47,307 nt of DNA from a bacterium (GTDB taxonomy: Bacteria > Planctomycetota > SKW154 > DAOVDS01): the NCBI GenBank assembly GCA_030669415.1, contig DAOVDS010000002.1, forward strand, positions 1 through 47,307. Direction: 5' to 3'. A program made the position numbers and the translations under genes. The notes beneath the pieces are model-generated. The model was not told the origin of the DNA. It worked only from the letters and a program-made list of their open reading frames with translations, and searched no databases. Numbering within the stretch: the first letter of the stretch is position 1; each line of letters starts with the position of its first letter. Positions 1 to 9,400 of the stretch are shown here, one piece after another.

Positions 1-211
1 TTGTCGGCACTGTTCTTATAGGGATGTCCGCGAGAAGCAGAAGGTCTTAACCTGGAGTAGAGTAGAGAGACATTTTGAAAAGCGGCTTGCATTACGGCGG
101 GTCTGCATTATACTTATTTGCATGGACGTGGATTCGCCAGACAAAGTATTTTTCCAAGAGTTGGGGTTTTTACTTAAAGGGTACTCAGTTGCAATTCTTA
201 CAGAAAAAGTG

Positions 212-240
212 TTGATGAGTATGCGCCAAACACATACCAT
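212..240 (+). promoter_or_regulatory. Candidate sigma70 promoter for the protease-antitoxin-toxin module
   Basis: TTGATG (212-217), 17 nt spacer, TACCAT (235-240), about 45 nt upstream of ATG 284 in AT-rich DNA. Confidence 0.4.
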
Positions 241-283
241 AATAGTAATGTGAAGGTGTCATTTAGCCGTAAAGGGTCTTGAC

Positions 284-1303
284 ATGAGTACGCAACAAGT
301 CATCCTGGAGCTTGAGACTAAGAGGGACTCCAACGTTATTGCTTTTATTACCTCTGACCGCCCGCCGCCCGTGGCTGCAAAAATAGCGGGCGACGTGATA
401 CGCATTTTTTACGAGCACTTGACGAGTCTTGAGGAGAAGGCAAATCTCGACCTGTTTATCCACAGCAGAGGTGGCGACACAGCAGTACCTTGGCGGCTGG
501 TGAATCTGTTGAGGGAGTTCTGTTCAAACCTCACTGTGCTGGTTCCATACAGAGCCCACAGTGCTGCAACCTTGATTGCCTTGGGCGCAAACAAAATCAT
601 CATGAGTCGTTTGGGCGAGCTTTCACCGATTGACCCAACCGTCGGCACGCCCTTCAACCCTTCTCACCCCACAAACCCCCAACAGCAAGTGGAGATAGGT
701 GTAGAAGACGTAATCGGGTTTTTCAACTTCACCAGGGAGCGTATCGGAATTACCGACCAAGGGAAGGTCCTTCGCGTGCTTGAAAAGTTTGTGGACAACC
801 TTCACCCCCTGGCAATAGGCGGGATATATAGGTCTCATTCTTTCATAAGGATGATTGCTACGGAACTCCTATCCCTTCACATGACAGGAAAGGGCGAAGA
901 GGTGAAAATCCCGCATATTGTCGAACACATGGTCGAGAAGCTCTACTATCACAACTACTCGATTCCTTGGAAAGAAGCTAAGAAGATTGGCCTAAAAGTG
1001 GTCAAAGCAGATGACGAAACAGAAAAGCTCCTGATGAACCTTCACTTCGAGTATGAAAAGGAAATGAGCCTCGGCAAGCCCTTCAACCCGGAGGAGTTCT
1101 TAGCGGGAGGCAATACGGGAGAGAAAGTAGTCAGCTTGGCGGTCGTAGAAAGCAAAGGAAAGAAGTCTAAGGTTCTCAAGAAAATCAAAGTCACAAGAAA
1201 CGCTATCCCTCCTGGTGCGCCGCCTGGGGCCATACCACCCTATTCGGTACATCAGGAGTTTCTGGGGTGGCAGACTGTGGAACCGGAAGGGAGCACATCA
1301 TGA
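284..1303 (+). CDS. SDH-family (ClpP/crotonase-fold, S49-like) serine protease, probably cytoplasmic
   Basis: 339 aa. Motifs LDLFIHSRGGD, VLVPYRAHSAATLIALGA (nucleophile Ser), LGELSPIDP (Asp) and LYYHNYSIPWKEAKKIGLKV (His) match the SDH_sah family. No signal peptide seen. Confidence 0.85.
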   Translation: MSTQQVILELETKRDSNVIAFITSDRPPPVAAKIAGDVIRIFYEHLTSLEEKANLDLFIHSRGGDTAVPWRLVNLLREFCSNLTVLVPYRAHSAATLIALGANKIIMSRLGELSPIDPTVGTPFNPSHPTNPQQQVEIGVEDVIGFFNFTRERIGITDQGKVLRVLEKFVDNLHPLAIGGIYRSHSFIRMIATELLSLHMTGKGEEVKIPHIVEHMVEKLYYHNYSIPWKEAKKIGLKVVKADDETEKLLMNLHFEYEKEMSLGKPFNPEEFLAGGNTGEKVVSLAVVESKGKKSKVLKKIKVTRNAIPPGAPPGAIPPYSVHQEFLGWQTVEPEGSTS

Positions 1304-1575
1304 AATGCACTGCGGGGGGCAACAGCCCCAATGGCTTCTTCTTGACGATACAGGCTCAAGAAACCTATCCAGCTCTTGGAGAGCAGTTCACAGCTTACGC
1401 TTCTGCCGACAGTCCTCCGCTCTTTGCTCTGTACGAGACAGAATGGCAACCTATGCCCACGGCACAAGATGTGCTGCTTATAGACGAAGAAGCGATAGCA
1501 GAGGACTTCGAGCTTGCAGAGATGGGTCTGGACGAATACTGCGATATACTGGCTCGTGAAGATGAAGAAGCCTAA
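1300..1575 (+). CDS. Small acidic protein, putative antitoxin of the downstream MazF
   Basis: ATG 1300 overlaps the protease stop (ATGA) and its stop overlaps the mazF start (TAATG). 91 aa with a very acidic C-terminus (DEEAIAEDFELAEMGLDEYCDILAREDEEA), as expected of a toxin-binding tail. Confidence 0.65.
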   Translation: MKCTAGGNSPNGFFLTIQAQETYPALGEQFTAYASADSPPLFALYETEWQPMPTAQDVLLIDEEAIAEDFELAEMGLDEYCDILAREDEEA

Positions 1576-1910
1576 TGACGCGGCGAGAAGTCTACTATGC
1601 AAATCTCAACCCTGCTCGTGGTTCTGAACAGAAGGGACTGCGTCCAGTTGTTATTGTGCAGGCTGACTTCGTAGCATCTTTCACTCAGACTGTAGTCATC
1701 GTGCCATTCACCACCAATATGAATCGTGCCAGACTCCTTACCTGCGTTTTCGTGCCTAAAGATGAAGGAGGACTGCGGGAGGATTCTGTAGCTCTTTGCC
1801 ACCACGTAAGGGCAATAGACTCGTCAAGACTGTCTGACTACTGGGGAAAGCTCTCAGAGGAATATACGGCCCGAATTGATGCTGCATTAGCACTAACTCT
1901 CGGACATTGA
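1575..1910 (+). CDS. mazF: MazF/PemK-family endoribonuclease toxin
   Basis: 111 aa. EVYYANLNPARGSEQKGLRPVVIVQ, IVPFTT, GGLREDSVALCHHVRAIDSSRL are typical PemK/MazF motifs. Confidence 0.93.
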   Translation: MTRREVYYANLNPARGSEQKGLRPVVIVQADFVASFTQTVVIVPFTTNMNRARLLTCVFVPKDEGGLREDSVALCHHVRAIDSSRLSDYWGKLSEEYTARIDAALALTLGH

Positions 1911-1974
1911 GCTGCTTGGTCGAGAAATCCGAACCTGTTGCCGCAGTCAAGCCGGATTTTTCTGTCGCCGGAGC

Positions 1975-2009
1975 GTAAGCGTTCAGCCCGTGTGGTGCTG
2001 AACGCTTAC
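1975..2009. repeat. Perfect 13-bp inverted repeat (REP/MITE-like hairpin)
   Basis: GTAAGCGTTCAGC (1975-1987), 9-nt loop, GCTGAACGCTTAC (1997-2009). No U-tract follows. Confidence 0.8.
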
Positions 2010-2173
2010 ATTTAGCCGCCCGGTTTTTCCTTCAGGCATGGTTAGTTTTAGTCTGAATATTCCTGCTTGAGGAAGTTCTGTCTTTAGGTCATAATGGCAA
2101 GCCGTTCAAGCACGGGAAATAGCGACAACACCGCGGCGGAAGCACCCTTTGAGCGACTGTCGCGCCGGTTTTG

Positions 2174-2202
2174 TTGACAAACTGCTCTGGTCCTGATATA
2201 AT
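2174..2202 (+). promoter_or_regulatory. Consensus sigma70 promoter with extended -10
   Basis: TTGACA (2174-2179), 17 nt, TATAAT (2197-2202), preceded by TG. A second weaker candidate TTGAGG-17-CATAAT lies at 2067-2095. SD GGAGG precedes GTG 2234. Confidence 0.8.
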
Positions 2203-2233
2203 GCCAATCTGACAGAATCGGGAGGGGACAAGA

Positions 2234-2917
2234 GTGATTGCTGCAAACAAGTCAAGAGATGCGGCGAAACTGCTCGGGATTCTTGAGCAGCGCTACGGCA
2301 AGAAGCCGAGGCCGCCGGGCTGGAGCCTGGTCGAGACACTGCTGTTTTACGTCATTTACTACAGCTCGGGCGTCACCGCCGCCCGTCGCGCTTTCAAGGC
2401 TTTCCGGGAGGAGTACGTTAATCTCAACGAGGTCCGGGTTTCGACCCTGAGCGAGATTCGCGCCACTCTCCGGATGGCAGGCGCCAGCGACAAGACCGCT
2501 GTCCAGTTGCGCGGCATGCTCAAGCAGATTTTCGCCAGCGAGAACGTGGTTTCGCTGGCAGGGCTGCACGGCGTACCCGCGGACCAGGTGAAGCGCTATC
2601 TCTCCCGCCTGGACGTCCTGCCAGTCCACGCAATAGACTATCTTCTTCTCGTGAAGTGGGACTATCCAATCCTCCCGGTTGACAGACAGGTGGCGAGAAT
2701 GGCGTCGCGTCTGGGCCTGACCGGGGCCAATACCAGGGAGGTGCGGGCACAGAAAACGCTCATGAGAAAGGTCAACAGCAACTCATACTACGACTTCTAC
2801 ACTCTCTTTCTGGAGCACGCAAGCAAGGTATGCACAGACAAACCCCGCTGCGACCGCTGCGTCGTGGCCAAGTACTGCAAGCACGGCAGGTCTCATTCAG
2901 GCGTGAAATCCAAGTAA
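2234..2917 (+). CDS. Endonuclease III-like HhH-GPD protein with C-terminal 4Fe-4S motif (degenerate active site)
   Basis: Contains LNEVRVS, LPVDRQVARMASRLG and C-terminal CTDKPRCDRCVVAKYC iron-sulfur motif. The HhH GxGxK motif is absent. Confidence 0.75.
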   Translation: MIAANKSRDAAKLLGILEQRYGKKPRPPGWSLVETLLFYVIYYSSGVTAARRAFKAFREEYVNLNEVRVSTLSEIRATLRMAGASDKTAVQLRGMLKQIFASENVVSLAGLHGVPADQVKRYLSRLDVLPVHAIDYLLLVKWDYPILPVDRQVARMASRLGLTGANTREVRAQKTLMRKVNSNSYYDFYTLFLEHASKVCTDKPRCDRCVVAKYCKHGRSHSGVKSK

Positions 2918-2932
2918 CTCAGAGGTATCGCG

Positions 2933-3688
2933 GTGGCGGGACATTCACACTGGGCCGGTATCAAATACAAGAAGGGCGCCGCGGATGCCAAGCGCGGCAA
3001 GCTCTTCTCGAAGCTGGCCAGCAGGATAATGCTGGCGGCGCGTGAAGGGGGCGGCGACCTGGACATGAATCTCAAGCTGCGCTACGCGGTGGAACAGGCA
3101 CGGGTCGCCAACATGCCTAAAGATAAAATCGAGCGCGCCATAAAGAAAGCCACCGGCGAGCTGCCGGGAGCCGCCCTGTCAGAAGTGATTTACGAGGGGT
3201 ACGGGCAGGGCGGGGTCGCAATTCTCGTGGAGGCACTCACCGACAACCGCAACCGAACCGTGGCGGCGCTGCGAAAGATATTCCAGACCCGCGGCGGCAA
3301 CATGGGCGCTACAGGTTGCGTTTCCTGGATGTTCACTACCAAGGGGCTTATCCACGTGGAAGACAGCAAGATAACCGAGGATAAGCTTATGGAACTCGTC
3401 CTCGATGCCGGCGCGGAAGACATCAAGCACGAAGGCTCCACCTTCGAGGTGACGGCAGAGCCGGGAGACTTCGATGCAGTCAAGCAGGCTATCGAGGCTC
3501 ACGGAATTACGCCCGCGTTCGCTCAGATAACCCGCATACCTTCAACGAACGTGCCTGTCAACGACGAGACGGCAAGAAAGGTAATATCGCTCATAAGTGC
3601 TATCGAGGACAATGACGACGTGGTAAACGTCTACGCCAACTATGACATCTCAGATGAAGTAATGACGAAGATACTCGCCGAGACATAG
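2933..3688 (+). CDS. yebC: YebC/PmpR family protein
   Basis: MAGHSHWAGIKYKKGAADAKRGK, NMPKDKIERAI, YEGYGQGG, LTDNRNRT, EDNDDVVNVYAN. Confidence 0.96.
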   Translation: MAGHSHWAGIKYKKGAADAKRGKLFSKLASRIMLAAREGGGDLDMNLKLRYAVEQARVANMPKDKIERAIKKATGELPGAALSEVIYEGYGQGGVAILVEALTDNRNRTVAALRKIFQTRGGNMGATGCVSWMFTTKGLIHVEDSKITEDKLMELVLDAGAEDIKHEGSTFEVTAEPGDFDAVKQAIEAHGITPAFAQITRIPSTNVPVNDETARKVISLISAIEDNDDVVNVYANYDISDEVMTKILAET

Positions 3689-3719
3689 CGGCGCAGGCGG
3701 AAAACGAAGGGAGGAACTG

Positions 3720-5087
3720 ATGCGTGACAGGCTCGCCGAGGCCATAAAGCGGTCATCCGCCGATTACACGGAGATACGCATCGAGAAGAGGCAGTCCACG
3801 AGTGTTCAATACCGCGGGCGCAATCTCGAGTCGGCCGGGGCCAATACTGATACGGGAGGCATTGTCCGCTGCCTCGTGAAGAGCGGCGGGTGGGGAGTCT
3901 CGACCTTCAACAAGCTTGAGGATCTCGAAAAACACCTCGAGTTTGCCCACGAGTGCGCCAGGTCCCTCACCCGCGAGAGCATTGAGCTCGCAGAGGCGGC
4001 GCCGGTGGTTGACGATACGACGGTCCAGCTCGAAGAGGACTTCCGCGAAATCCCGCTCGCGCAGAAGAAGGAGCTTATCTCTTCCTACAACGACATACTG
4101 CTGTCCCACTCCGACCTCATTCGCGACACCATGTGCGTTTATGCCGACAGGTTCGTTGACTACTACTGCGCGAATTCCGAAGGCACCTACATCCACGAGG
4201 AGCGCCCACACATCCTGTGCAGGGTAGCCGCTATCGCACGCAAGAACGGGAATGTCCAGTCAACCGGGGAGAGCGTCGGCAAGCAGCGCGGCTTTGAAGC
4301 TGTGCGCGACATGACACAAACGGCGCACACAGTTGCCAGGCGCGCCCTTGACCTCCTGTCTGCGGAAACGGTGAAAGGTGGGAAATACACCGTCGTGTGC
4401 AATCCCAACCTTGCAGGCGTTTTCATACATGAGGCTTTCGGCCACCTCTCCGAGGCCGACCACCTCTACGAGAACCCCAAGGCGCGAGAGCTGATGGTAC
4501 TGGGCAAGGAATTCGGGAAGCCGCTTCTTAACGTTATCGACGATGGCTCAGTCCCGGGCCTGCGCGGCTCGCACAAGTATGATGACGAGGGCGTGCCTAC
4601 GCGCAAGAACTACCTGATAAGGGAGGGCAAACTGGTCGGGCGGCTTCACTCGCGCGAGACGGCGCACAAGATGGGCGAGGAGCTCACCGGCAATGCGCGC
4701 GCAATCACGTACCGCTTCGCGCCGATTGTCAGGATGACAAACACCGCCATTGAAGTGGGTGACACCTCGTTCGAGGACATGATTTCGGACATCAAGCTGG
4801 GCGTGTACGCGTGTGATTCACGCGGCGGCCAGACCATGCTCGAGAACTTTACTTTCACCTCCGGGTACGCATACATGATTCGCGACGGCAAGGTGGCCGA
4901 GATGGTAAAGGATGTCGTGCTCGGCGGCAACCTGTTCGATACGCTTGTTAGCATAGACGCCATCGGCAACGATTTCAAGTGGTTGGAAACCGCGGACGGC
5001 TGCGGCAAGGGCGGCCAGATGCCCCTGCCGGTATCCATGGGAAGCCCGCACATCCGCATACAGGATGTAATCATGGGCGGTAAATGA
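3720..5087 (+). CDS. tldD: TldD metalloprotease subunit
   Basis: 455 aa. FIHEAFGHLSE metal motif, YDDEG, GNAR, PIVRMTNT, C-terminal CGKGGQ. Confidence 0.92.
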   Translation: MRDRLAEAIKRSSADYTEIRIEKRQSTSVQYRGRNLESAGANTDTGGIVRCLVKSGGWGVSTFNKLEDLEKHLEFAHECARSLTRESIELAEAAPVVDDTTVQLEEDFREIPLAQKKELISSYNDILLSHSDLIRDTMCVYADRFVDYYCANSEGTYIHEERPHILCRVAAIARKNGNVQSTGESVGKQRGFEAVRDMTQTAHTVARRALDLLSAETVKGGKYTVVCNPNLAGVFIHEAFGHLSEADHLYENPKARELMVLGKEFGKPLLNVIDDGSVPGLRGSHKYDDEGVPTRKNYLIREGKLVGRLHSRETAHKMGEELTGNARAITYRFAPIVRMTNTAIEVGDTSFEDMISDIKLGVYACDSRGGQTMLENFTFTSGYAYMIRDGKVAEMVKDVVLGGNLFDTLVSIDAIGNDFKWLETADGCGKGGQMPLPVSMGSPHIRIQDVIMGGK

Positions 5088-5118
5088 CCGGAACAGGACA
5101 ATCGCACAGGAGAACAGC

Positions 5119-6414
5119 ATGGACCTCTTGGAAAAGGTGAAGAACCAGGTAGACTCGGCCGAGGTGTTTGCCTTGTCGGCGGAGTCGCTCGACGTCTCGT
5201 TCACCTCCGGCCAAATCAAGTCGTCCCAGCGCAAGGGAACCTTCGGAACTGCATTGAGAATTATCAAGGATGGCAGGATAGGCTTTTCAAGCTCCATAGG
5301 CGATGGAAACGAGGACCTGCTCGTAAAAAACGCGCTCGAATCCGCCCAGTTCGGCGACAAGGTGGAGTTCGACTTCGCGCCCGCGGCCCAGGCGCCAAAA
5401 GTCGAGACTTTCCACGAAAGCGTTCCGGCGCTTGCGACGGCTGAGATGATTGAGATGGGCAACAGGGTGGTTGGGGCGCTGCGCAAGGCGGAAGAGGGGC
5501 TTGAAATCAGTGTCGGCGTCTCGCGGCACCTTACCGAAGGTTCAATTGAGACAACCAATGGCGCGCGGATGACAGAAAAGAGCTCCGTCTTCTCCCTTGG
5601 CGCCAGCATAGAGCGCATTGAAGGCAATGACATACTGGGCCTCTGGCACTCCGGGCAGAGTGCGAGGGTCGAGGACTTTACGGAAGAAGTACCGGGCAAA
5701 ATCGTTGAGCGACTCGAGATTTCGAGGAACCTCACTTCGGTCGAAAGCGGGCCAATGCCTGTTATCTTCCCGCCGAGAGCCATGTTGACACTGCTCATTC
5801 CACTGCTCCAGGGGGTAAGCGGCAAGTCGCTGGCGCAGGGTTCATCGCCGCTCGAGGGCAAGGTCGGCGAGAAGATTTTCGACGAGAAGTTCACCCTCTT
5901 CGAGGACCCCACGGTGGCTCTGCGTCCTGCCAGCACGGCGTTCGACGGCGAAGGGATACCTTCGGGCAGGTTTCCCCTCGTGGAACGCGGCATTCTGAAG
6001 AACTTCCTGCTGGATTTGAAGACCGCTTCCCAGACAGGCATGCAGTCTACCGGGAGCGCCCGGCGGGGTCTGACCTCCATGCCCTCACCCGGCCCCAGTA
6101 ACCTGCTCATGGAGCCTGGCGAGACTCCGCTCGCCGAGATGCTGTCCGGGATAGGCAGGGGCCTCTGGGTGGACACCGTGCTTGGCCTGGGGATGGGGAA
6201 CATCATGAGCGGCGCGTTCTCCAACACGCTCGGCGTCGCGTTCAAGATTGAGGATGGCAAGCTGGTCGGCCGCGCCAAGAATGTGAATATCGCAGGCAAT
6301 ATCTATGAATTGCTCAAGAATATCGCGGCAATCAGCAAAGAGACAGAATGGTTCTACGGCAGAATGAGCCTGCCCTACCTTATGCTCGACTCTCTGCCCG
6401 TCGTCGCCAAGTAG
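5119..6414 (+). CDS. pmbA: PmbA/TldE partner subunit
   Basis: 431 aa. FDGEG, STGSARRG, NIMSGAFS, IAGNIYELLK. Lacks HExxxH and follows tldD. Confidence 0.88.
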   Translation: MDLLEKVKNQVDSAEVFALSAESLDVSFTSGQIKSSQRKGTFGTALRIIKDGRIGFSSSIGDGNEDLLVKNALESAQFGDKVEFDFAPAAQAPKVETFHESVPALATAEMIEMGNRVVGALRKAEEGLEISVGVSRHLTEGSIETTNGARMTEKSSVFSLGASIERIEGNDILGLWHSGQSARVEDFTEEVPGKIVERLEISRNLTSVESGPMPVIFPPRAMLTLLIPLLQGVSGKSLAQGSSPLEGKVGEKIFDEKFTLFEDPTVALRPASTAFDGEGIPSGRFPLVERGILKNFLLDLKTASQTGMQSTGSARRGLTSMPSPGPSNLLMEPGETPLAEMLSGIGRGLWVDTVLGLGMGNIMSGAFSNTLGVAFKIEDGKLVGRAKNVNIAGNIYELLKNIAAISKETEWFYGRMSLPYLMLDSLPVVAK

Positions 6415-6448
6415 CGGCGCCGGCAGGGGTGTCCTGAAAGCAGGGGAG

Positions 6449-9400
6449 ATGGAGCCCAAAAAAGGCATAGACATAGCTGACTTCCCTACGATATTTCAGT
6501 CCCTCACCTCGGGCAGGCGTACGGGCAATCTGAAAGTCTCTACAGGCACCGGCTCCTTTTTCTTCTACTTCCAGGATGGTGTTATCAAGCACTTCGCCCA
6601 GCCCGCGCGCGACGACGTGCTCCTTCGCGCCATGCTGCACTGTGCCAAGATTGACCGCACCGGATATGAGAAGCTGCTCTCCCGGCACCGGCGCAGTGGC
6701 CGCTCCTATCTTTCTCTTTTTTCGGCCAAGCGCACCATCACGGACGCCGATATCACCCAGGCCATGCAATTCATGGTGCAGGAAGAAGTCTGCGACCTGT
6801 TTGTACGCTCGCGGCTCAACTGCGAGTTCTTCGAAGGCGAGCCGTTTCCTGAAGTCTTCGGCACCGAGAAAGAGCGGGTAACGCTCTCGGTATTGCCCGA
6901 GCCAGTCGTCATGGAGGCGGCACGCAGGATGGATGAAGTCAGCCTTCTTCGCGAAATTGTGCCATCCACCAGCGACGTGTACACAGTTACCGGCGTCACC
7001 GAGGAGCAGTTGGAGGCGCCTCTGCCGCCCGAAGATGCCGGCCCTCGTGAAGAGGTGCTTGACCTCATCGACGGACACCGGGACATTGAAGACCTCGCGG
7101 CACTTGCGAGAATGTCCAAGTTCGACCTGCTGCGCAGGCTCGCCCAGCTTGCCGGCGCGAGGGTCGTCGAGGCGCTTGGCGCACGCTCCCTCCTGACCCT
7201 TGCGCAGCAGTACGCCATTGAAGGAAACATACGCAAGGCTCTGAGGCTCTACGAGCGCGCGGAAGAGCTCGGCGAGGCCCGCATGGAGACCCGCATGCAT
7301 ATCGCACGCCTCTATGGCGCACTCTGCGACGAGAAGCGTGCCCTCGCCAAGTACATCTCCATATCCGAAGATGCCCTCAAGTCGAACGATACTGACGGCG
7401 CCATTACTGCGATTCGCCAGGCGCTTCACCTCGCCCCGGAGAACACAGAGGTTCGCGAGAGACTGGCCGCCCTTCTTCTGCAGAGCGACCGCTACGATGA
7501 GGCGATTAACGAGTCAATCGAACTGGCGAACCTGCTGGTCAAGGCCAAGAACCTCGACGGCGCCGTGCAGATATGGCTGTCTTTCATGGACAAGTATCCC
7601 ACCTCGACCGAATCGCACCGCCAGCTCGCGGAGCTCTACAAGGAGCGGGAGAACAGGACCGCGGCTATCCAGGTTCTGGAGAGCCTTGCCGAGCTGTATC
7701 TGACCCGCGCCCGGCGCGAGCGGGCGGTGGAAGTCTACCGCGAGGTCCTCAAGCTTGACCCCAAGCATACCGGCGTGAGACTCAAGCTGGCGTCGCTTCT
7801 CAGGCGCATAGGAAACGTGAAGGAAGCAGCCCGGGAGTACGAGAAGTTCCGCTCATCCACGCGGATGCTGCGTTTCTCGAAGCGGCCCCAGACGATTCTC
7901 AGGTCGTGGTTCGGCCTCAGACACCCCACGGTTATCGCGTCCGCACGGCTGGCACTCAGTGGGCCCGCATTGCGCGCGATAGCCATCCTTGCGCTCGGAC
8001 TGGTTCTGGCCGGCGTGCTTACGCTCATCTTCTCTGTAACAGTTGCTTCTCAAGGCAACGAGCTCGGCCCCGGGATAGGCTCTGTACTCTTTGGCGCACT
8101 GGTCATCATGCACATCGTGATGGCCATTGGCGTTCTACCGCTGCTGGCCTCGGCATCAGTGCTTCTGCACCCCCATGAAGATGACGAAAGCGTTGCAGCG
8201 CAGCTTGTAGCGCACCCGCGCGGCGCGGTGGCGGGCAAGTTCGTCGCCACACTCTCGACGTGGCTGATACTGCTGCTTGCCACGCTGCCGCTGGCTGCGA
8301 CAGTGGTGCTGCTGCGGGGCGCAAGCGGGCCGGTCGTTTCGCTCAACTTCTACCTCCAGATTCTCGTGGGCGCAGTTATCGCTGCAGCACTGACCCTGGT
8401 TTGCGCAAATGCGCCGGACAGAAAGAGCGCTATCGTTGATTCCTACCTGGTCTGCGCCGCACTGGCACTGCTGGGAGTGCTGTTCGTCAGCATGCTCTCA
8501 GACGTTGGGGGCACCGGCAGCGGGTCATTGCTGGCGAAGCCTGTCTCAATGACCGACCTGCCCGCGTTCCAGTTGCGCACATCCACGTTTGTCGGAACCG
8601 CGCTTCTGATGCCGATTGCGGCGGTGTTTGTCTGCGGTTTCATACTAATGGCTGCGGTGGCACGTCTGACGCCCGAACGCGGGTACTCCAGCCCCGCCCA
8701 GAAGCTGTTCTGGCTGATTGTCATACTCCTGGGTACGGCAATCGGCCTTGCATGGGCAAGCACGGGCGACCATGCCTCGTCGCTTTCCCAGCCGCCGGTC
8801 GCCCAACTGCTTCTCCTTATGAGCGTATTCCTGGCGCTTTCAATTGGCGCGATCGTTTTTTCCACCGAATCGGCACCCCCTGTAACCGCTGAAAATGAAA
8901 GCGTTAAAAAGCTCCTGTCGAGGTCGCGCCTGAAGCTCATGCTCGGCCCCGGGCCTTTGCGTGGCTCGCTGTTCGCGCTTGCAGGCAGTGCAATTGTGCT
9001 GTTTGTAGTGATGCTGTTCCTGGGCCTGTCGGAGAGCTCGGCAACTCCGACAAAACTGAGTGGAGGCGTGCTCACTGCAGTTTATTTCGCCATACTGGGC
9101 CATGTCACACTTGTTATTTCACTGGGACTGCTTCTCTCAACCACCCAGCTCTCCGGCAGGTGGCGCAGGCTGATTCTTATATCAGTGCTCGGTATTACGC
9201 TTGCCGGGATACCTGCAGCCATGACATACATGCAGTTTCACATACCCCGCCTGGTTGCGGATTTGAGCCCGCTCGTGCTTGCAGCCGCCGCATTCGGCAA
9301 GAGTATTACTACAGAGAAATACATATGGCGCGCTGAGGCGATAAACTGGGGCTGGGTGGTGGCTGTGTACTGGGCAGCGGCTGCAGCCATCGGGACCGCG

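Noticed and set aside
2-253. Open frame +2 from the window edge (CRHCSY...) and the antisense 74-aa ORF
   Set aside because: No recognisable motifs, and it overlaps the candidate promoter. It cannot be supported as a gene without upstream sequence.
1911-2018. Possible integron attC site after mazF
   Set aside because: No matching RYYYAAC/GTTRRRY pair, and TTTAGCC is only a near match.
4818-7429. Long antisense ORFs (493 aa, 349 aa) and similar ones at 16300-17808 and 24177-25229
   Set aside because: Shadow ORFs opposite well-supported genes in GC-rich DNA, with no motifs.
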